DNA from: Alphaproteobacteria bacterium
GTDB lineage: Bacteria > Pseudomonadota > Alphaproteobacteria > UBA828 > JAPUJA01
Direction of reading: 5' to 3'
DNA: 64,000 nucleotides
Assembly: GCA_963694715.1 (NCBI GenBank)
Contig: CAVOEB010000003.1
Span: 7,673-71,672, forward strand
The position numbers and the translations under genes were made by a program. The notes under the pieces are model-generated. The model had not been told where the DNA came from and searched no databases. It saw nothing but the letters and a program-made list of their open reading frames with translations. This document shows, in pieces, positions 59,219-64,000 of the stretch (position 1 is the stretch's first letter; each line of letters starts with the position of its first letter).

Positions 59219-60076
59219 TCAAGGACATCGGGTGGTGATCTGGGCACCGCGCGCATGGCAAGTCCGCTCTTCAAGTTCGGCCAGAAACGCGAGAACGCGT
59301 TCGGCGGCGCCGAAGTCGTAGAGATCGTTGTGGGCGGCACCCTCGATGAAATGGCCGCGCTTGGGCTCCACGGCCGCCTCGAACAAACGCCGCCCGAAGC
59401 GGCTCGGCACGACACGGTCCGCATTGCCGTGGAGCAGCAGCAGCGGCGCGCCGATGGTTGCGATCTTGGCCATGGAATCGAAGCGGTCGGCGACGATCGC
59501 ATTGACCGGAAAGATCGGAAAGCGGTGGCGCCCGACGTCGGGTACGGAGGTAAACGGCGCTTCGAGTACCACGGCCTTCGCATCATGGCGGAGCGCCATC
59601 TCCACCGCTACTCCGGTACCCAGAGATTCGCCGTAGAGCACGCGGCGTGTTGCACCAATGCGGTGGCTCTCCAAAAACGCGAGCGCCGCCTCGCCGTCGG
59701 CGTAGAGCCCGGCCTCCGTGGGCCGCCCCGGATTGCCCGAAAACCCCCGCCAGGCCGGAAGCAATACGCCGTATCCGGCATCCAGGTAGGGCCGCGCCTT
59801 GCTCGCACGCATCCCCAGATGGCCCGAATTGCCATGGAAATAGACCAGGCACGGCTTGGTCTCGTCCGCCGGTGCGCGGTACCAGGCGAGCAGTGCCAGC
59901 CCGTCGGTCGTGGCGAGCCTAACCTCGGCCATATCCTCGGCACCGGCTCGGGCTCGCTCGGGCACCACCCGGTCGGGCAGATAGATCAGGCGGCGCTGAC
60001 CCAGCCACAGTGCGCCGAGAACGAGGCCGTAACTGCCGGCAAGCGCGCCGGCGACGGCAAGCAGAATCAGCACCAT
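59219..60076 (-). CDS. Alpha/beta-fold hydrolase
   Basis: N-terminal TM segment, then HGNSGH ... GESLGTG (nucleophile elbow GxSxG) ... LHGNADRVVP. Start set at the internal MVLILLAV. The track ORF starts at 60169. Confidence 0.65.
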   Translation of the reverse strand: MVLILLAVAGALAGSYGLVLGALWLGQRRLIYLPDRVVPERARAGAEDMAEVRLATTDGLALLAWYRAPADETKPCLVYFHGNSGHLGMRASKARPYLDAGYGVLLPAWRGFSGNPGRPTEAGLYADGEAALAFLESHRIGATRRVLYGESLGTGVAVEMALRHDAKAVVLEAPFTSVPDVGRHRFPIFPVNAIVADRFDSMAKIATIGAPLLLLHGNADRVVPSRFGRRLFEAAVEPKRGHFIEGAAHNDLYDFGAAERVLAFLAELEERTCHARGAQITTRCP

Positions 60077-60643
60077 GACGCGGGGTCCCAAGCTGAAGCG
60101 GGCTTGGCGTTGACGCGGCCCGCGGACGATAATTGCGCCATGATACGGCGCGAAGCCCGCCTGTTCCATCCTGCTCGCCGTGGTCGCGTTCCTCGCCGCG
60201 GGGCTGATCGTCTGGGCGGGCGGCTGCGCGCTCCACCGCGCCGGCGTTGCTGCTGGCCGAGCTGGCGGGTGGTCCCGAGCCCAGACCCTTCACGGCGCTT
60301 ACCCCGGCGCCGTCGCGCAAACGGCTCACCCTTTCCGGCCAACCGGGCGGTGCGCCGCTGACGGTTGATCTCTACCGCCCCGCGGGATCCGCGCTCGCCG
60401 GGCTTGTCCTGTTGCCGGGCGCGAATCCGGCGGGGCGCGAAGATACCCGCCTAGTCGCCCTGGCCGAGGCCCTGGCGCGCGCGCTCATTACTGTCTTGGT
60501 GCCCGAGGTCGAGGGCTGGCGGCGCCTGGGCTTCTCCCCCGCTGATCCCGCCGCGATCGCCGTCGCGCTCAGCGCGCTGGTCACGACGCGGCGAGCCCAA
60601 CCCTCTAAACGAGGCTCGCCGCCACCTTAATTTATAGCTGAGA

Positions 60644-60682
60644 CGAAAAAACCCGGCCGAAGCCTCTCGTCCGGGTTTTTCT
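60644..60682. terminator. Possible bidirectional intrinsic terminator
   Basis: aaaaaacccggccgaagcctctcgtccgggttttt: a short GC stem flanked by an A-tract and a T-tract. Confidence 0.35.
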
Positions 60683-60910
60683 CTGCACGCGCGGGTCGCC
60701 GAAGCGACCAATCAAGCAATCGTTGCGGGCCAATGCTGTCAGATGACGAACTAGCGCGAAACCCCGTGCCTCGGGCTTGCCCCGGTTTCGCAAGCCCACG
60801 CCGGCCGCGTCCGCGGCCTATCTGCCATATTCGGGGGGTCCCCGCCTTTGTGGTGTGAGCCCGTGGCAAGCGAGCGCCGCTTCGCTGCACGGAGCGAAGC
60901 GGATAAGCCC

Positions 60911-61621
60911 CTAGCTGCGTTGTCCGCCGAACAGGTGCAGCAGCATGATGAACATGTTGATGAAGTTGAGGTAGAGCGACAGCGCACCCATCACCGCCTT
61001 CTTGGTCATCACCGACTGGCCGTCGCTCTCGGCGTAGACCGCCTTGATCCGCTGGGTGTCATAGGCGGTCAGTCCCGTGAACACGATTACGCCAATCACC
61101 GAAATGACGAAATGCATCATGCTCGACTGCAGGAAGATATTGACCACCATGGCGATCACAACGCCGATCAACCCCATGTACAGGAAGCTGCCCCATCTCG
61201 CGAGCGAGCGCTTGGTGGTGTAGCCGTACAGGCTCATCGCGCCGAACATCGCCGCGGTGATGAAGAACACCCGCATGATGCTGGTGCTGGTGTAGACGAT
61301 GAAGATGTAGGACAGCGAGACGCCCATCAGCACCGAGAACGTCCAAAACAGGGCCTGAGCGGTACTGGCTTTCATTTTTTCGATCTTGAAGCCCATGAAG
61401 AACACGATCCCGAGCGGTGCAAGCATCACGACGAAACCGAGGCCCGAGCCGTAGATTGCCTGAAACAACCCGGTGTTCGCTACCAGGTAAGCGACGACGC
61501 CGGTGAGCGCCAGGCCCGAGGTCATGTAGTTGTAGACCTTCAGCATATAGCTGCGCAGGCCCTGGTCGATCTGGGTGTCCGTTAGATTGCCGACGTGAGT
61601 CTGTTGCGTCCGGAGTGCCAT
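60911..61621 (-). CDS. Bax-inhibitor-1 / YccA-family membrane protein
   Basis: 236 aa, 7 predicted TM helices, with the family's conserved basic C-terminal region. Confidence 0.8.
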   Translation of the reverse strand: MALRTQQTHVGNLTDTQIDQGLRSYMLKVYNYMTSGLALTGVVAYLVANTGLFQAIYGSGLGFVVMLAPLGIVFFMGFKIEKMKASTAQALFWTFSVLMGVSLSYIFIVYTSTSIMRVFFITAAMFGAMSLYGYTTKRSLARWGSFLYMGLIGVVIAMVVNIFLQSSMMHFVISVIGVIVFTGLTAYDTQRIKAVYAESDGQSVMTKKAVMGALSLYLNFINMFIMLLHLFGGQRS

Positions 61622-61751
61622 GTCGTTCCTCTTCGTTGTTCCCGAGTGCCGGGTCGCCCATGTGTTGAGACAATTTGGGCTTATATTAGGGGCGTGCGGT
61701 CGAATTTCAAGAAATTCCGGGGCTTTCCGCCCGCCTCTATCACCCGCCCGG

Positions 61752-63518
61752 CTAATACTCCGCCAAAGGCCCCAGCGCCTCGATCAACGGTTCGAGATGC
61801 CCATCGAAACGCCGCCAACTGCCGATCGAGCTCGCATAAATAGGCTCTCGCACCTGGGCGGCGCTCGCCGTGATAACCGACCTCTCGGCCTTATGGTAAT
61901 CAAGCACCGCATCGTCCCACTCAAGACCGCAGAATTCGAGCAGCCGGCGTGATTCGCCTTCCTGGTCCGTGACCAGAGCCTCGTAGGAAAGGTCGAGCAC
62001 AAAATCGGGCAGCAGGCCCCGCCAGTGAGCCATCAACCGGTCGTAGATCCGGTAGTAGCGACCCAGTTCTATGAGATCGTAGGAGAACGGCAGGTTGCTG
62101 ACGAAATAGGTCTTGTAGATCGAGACGCAGCAATCGAGCGGGTTACGCATGCAATGCACCACCCGGGCCTCGGGCAACATCAGGGGAATAAGGCCGATAT
62201 GCCAGAAATTGAACAGGTTCTTGTCCGCGCTTCGCGCGGCTGCGGCGTCTCGGCGGGTAAGTTTTTCTTGATAGGTGGTGCCCCGGCGCGCGAAATCGCT
62301 CCCGCTTTGGGCGTTTAGAAAACCGGTCAAAGTCTGGCCCCGTTCGGGGTGGAACCCATCGAGCAGGGCGGGGCGCAGAAAGTCGACCTCACCCGCGCCG
62401 TAGACCGCCGGATGGGTGGCCAGGATCTGCTCGGTCAGCGTGGACCCCGAGCGGGCCATGCCGATCACGAAAATCGGCGCCGTGCTCGCGTCGCCCGAGC
62501 CTGCGCGTTCCGCCAGATAATTCGCGTCGACGCAACGGATAATCTCGTCCGCGACCGCCTCGTCGCGCTCGATTCGGTAATCGAGTCCCGAACGGGCGAT
62601 TCGGTTTGCCCGGTCCAGCATGGCAAAGGCCTCGTCGTAACGCCCCGAATCCTCGTAGGCCTTGGCCAGCGCGTAAGCAAGATGCATGGTTTTGGCCTCG
62701 GGCAGGCCGACCTGCGCCATTAGGCCGGTCATGCGCTCGATCAGCGGGTCGATCTCCTCGAAGCGGTGAATCCGGCTCAAGAAGCGATAGGTTTCCGCGT
62801 CGTTGGGGTCGATCGTGAGTGCCCGGTCATACCAGCGTTCGGCCTCGCCGGCCGCGCCCCGTTCCATCACCAGGTTCCCGATATTCGCGGCCGCTTGCGC
62901 GTCGTCCGGGTTAAGCTCGAGGGCGTGCTGGTAGTGGGTCTGCGCTTCATCCGGCCGGTCGAGCAGACGAGCGACATTGCCGAGATTGTAGTGGGCAAGG
63001 GCATAATCCGGGTCGATCTCGATCGCCCGGCGCAAATGCTCGGCCGCGTCCTCGAGCCGCCCCAGTTCGCGCAAGGCGTCGGCCAGGTTGTTGTGGCTCG
63101 GCGCGTGCGTCGGCATCGCCCGACAGGCGGCGTCCAGTGACTCGCGCGCCTCCTCGATGCGCCCGGCTTCGGACAGGGCATTGCCCAGGTTATAGAACGC
63201 CTCGCCGTAGCCGGGCATAATCTCTGCGGCGCGGCGATAGCTCGCAATGGCATCCTCGGTTTTGCCGAGCTTACTCTGGACAAAGCCCAGGTTGTTATAC
63301 GCTTCAGCGTAGTTGGGCTGTGCGGCGACGGCTTGCTTGATCAGGGCTTCCGCCTGCTCCGGCGCCCGCCCTTGGAGCGCGAGAATTCCCATGTAGTGGA
63401 GCGCGTCGGCGTTGTTCGGCTCGCCTTTTAGCATATCGGCATAAATTTTCTGAGCCTCGGGAAACTGCCCCGCCTGTTGCAGGCGAAGCCCCTCGGCCAG
63501 CTTTTGCGCCTGGCTCAC
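61752..63518 (-). CDS. TPR-repeat protein fused to a sulfotransferase-family domain
   Basis: 588 aa. About 7 TPR units (AEAYNNLG, GEAFYNLGNAL, ALAHYNLGNV), then a sulfotransferase domain (PIFVIGMARSGSTLTEQIL PAPS-binding loop). Confidence 0.75.
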   Translation of the reverse strand: MSQAQKLAEGLRLQQAGQFPEAQKIYADMLKGEPNNADALHYMGILALQGRAPEQAEALIKQAVAAQPNYAEAYNNLGFVQSKLGKTEDAIASYRRAAEIMPGYGEAFYNLGNALSEAGRIEEARESLDAACRAMPTHAPSHNNLADALRELGRLEDAAEHLRRAIEIDPDYALAHYNLGNVARLLDRPDEAQTHYQHALELNPDDAQAAANIGNLVMERGAAGEAERWYDRALTIDPNDAETYRFLSRIHRFEEIDPLIERMTGLMAQVGLPEAKTMHLAYALAKAYEDSGRYDEAFAMLDRANRIARSGLDYRIERDEAVADEIIRCVDANYLAERAGSGDASTAPIFVIGMARSGSTLTEQILATHPAVYGAGEVDFLRPALLDGFHPERGQTLTGFLNAQSGSDFARRGTTYQEKLTRRDAAAARSADKNLFNFWHIGLIPLMLPEARVVHCMRNPLDCCVSIYKTYFVSNLPFSYDLIELGRYYRIYDRLMAHWRGLLPDFVLDLSYEALVTDQEGESRRLLEFCGLEWDDAVLDYHKAERSVITASAAQVREPIYASSIGSWRRFDGHLEPLIEALGPLAEY

Positions 63519-64000
63519 GATTTGGACGCGGGCTTCGCGTTCTTTTTAGCGAGTGGTCCCAACGCTTTGATCAGGGGTTCAATCCGACCCGCGAAATGCG
63601 CCGCCCGGCCCACCGAGCCCGCATGGATGGGCTGGCGCACCTGGAGCGCGCTCAGCGTGCCGACGAAACGCTCGGTCTCGAAGAAGCGCGCGCAGGCCGG
63701 GTCGGGGTCGAGTCCGCAGGCGTCGAGCAGGCGGGCGATCTGTCCGTCGGGATCGGCGACCAGTTCCTCGTAACTCACTTCGACGAGGTTCGCGCCGGGC
63801 AACATTTCCCAGTGCGTCATCAAGCGGTCGTAAATCTGGTAATATTGCCCAATCTCGGCCAGATCGTAGGCAAAGCGCATCTCGCCACGAAACAGGTTGG
63901 TCCAGCAGGATACACAAGTATCCAGGGGATCGCGCCGGCAATGAATCAGTGTGGCGTCGGGCAGCATCAGTCGGATCAACCCGGCGTACCAGAAATTGGT
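63515..64000 (-). CDS. Sulfotransferase-domain protein, paralog of the preceding gene (N-terminal part beyond the window end)
   Basis: The C-terminal 150+ aa align with 61752-63518 (LIHCRRDPLDTCVSCWTNLF...YEELVADPDGQIARLLDACGLDPDPAC vs VVHCMRNPLDCCVSIYKTYF...YEALVTDQEGESRRLLEFCGLEWDDA). Confidence 0.6.
   Translation of the reverse strand, partial: TNFWYAGLIRLMLPDATLIHCRRDPLDTCVSCWTNLFRGEMRFAYDLAEIGQYYQIYDRLMTHWEMLPGANLVEVSYEELVADPDGQIARLLDACGLDPDPACARFFETERFVGTLSALQVRQPIHAGSVGRAAHFAGRIEPLIKALGPLAKKNAKPASKS

Noticed and set aside
60247-60630. 127-aa plus-strand ORF (MLLAELAGGPEPRPF...)
   Set aside because: No recognisable family and Ala/Pro/Arg-rich. It may be a real small protein, but the evidence is insufficient to call it.

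Overview
This is a high-GC (about 67%) alphaproteobacterial-type chromosomal segment that is almost fully coding. I read it as three parts. (1) 1-8500: a LysR regulator, DoxX, a disrupted glutathionyl-hydroquinone reductase, an SDR, a hydroxyproline epimerase plus DapA-family pair, an orphan ABC solute-binding protein and an amidase. (2) About 8500-32750: a large accessory catabolic island built from paralogous modules. These are APH/choline-kinase-like phosphotransferases (4 copies), IMPase-like phosphatases (2 copies, one broken), class-III aminotransferases (2), PuuB-like FAD oxidoreductases (3, one riddled with stop codons), an aldehyde dehydrogenase, a TPP enzyme, an MDR reductase, an acyl-CoA ligase, a frameshifted glutamine-synthetase-like gene with an amidohydrolase and an N-formylglutamate-amidohydrolase-like gene, and a PAP2 phosphatase. 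I interpret it as an amine or amino-alcohol degradation locus that combines a kinase plus phospho-lyase-type route with gamma-glutamylation-type enzymes. (3) 32750-64000: mostly housekeeping genes (def-fmt-truA, rmuC, recR-ybaB-dnaX with an SRP RNA upstream, nudC, pheA, kdsB, cytochrome c, manC, a dicarboxylate symporter) interspersed with three tandem SRPBCC proteins bracketed by repeats, a nonsense-disrupted FNT channel, a nonsense-disrupted RTX/beta-helix secreted protein, a nonsense-disrupted nitroreductase, an intact 1160-aa NfnAB-like fused oxidoreductase, a TPR-sulfotransferase pair and a Bax-inhibitor-1 protein. Two things stand out. First, roughly a dozen genes carry in-frame stops or frameshifts while their neighbours are intact; in-frame TAG is the most common lesion. 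Second, a genome-specific family of GC-rich intergenic repeats occurs at least six times, and there are two long perfect or near-perfect palindromes. I found no CRISPR array, integrase, transposase or rRNA. tRNAs were only scanned for by eye and none were seen. Coordinates of starts are approximate where alternative start codons exist.
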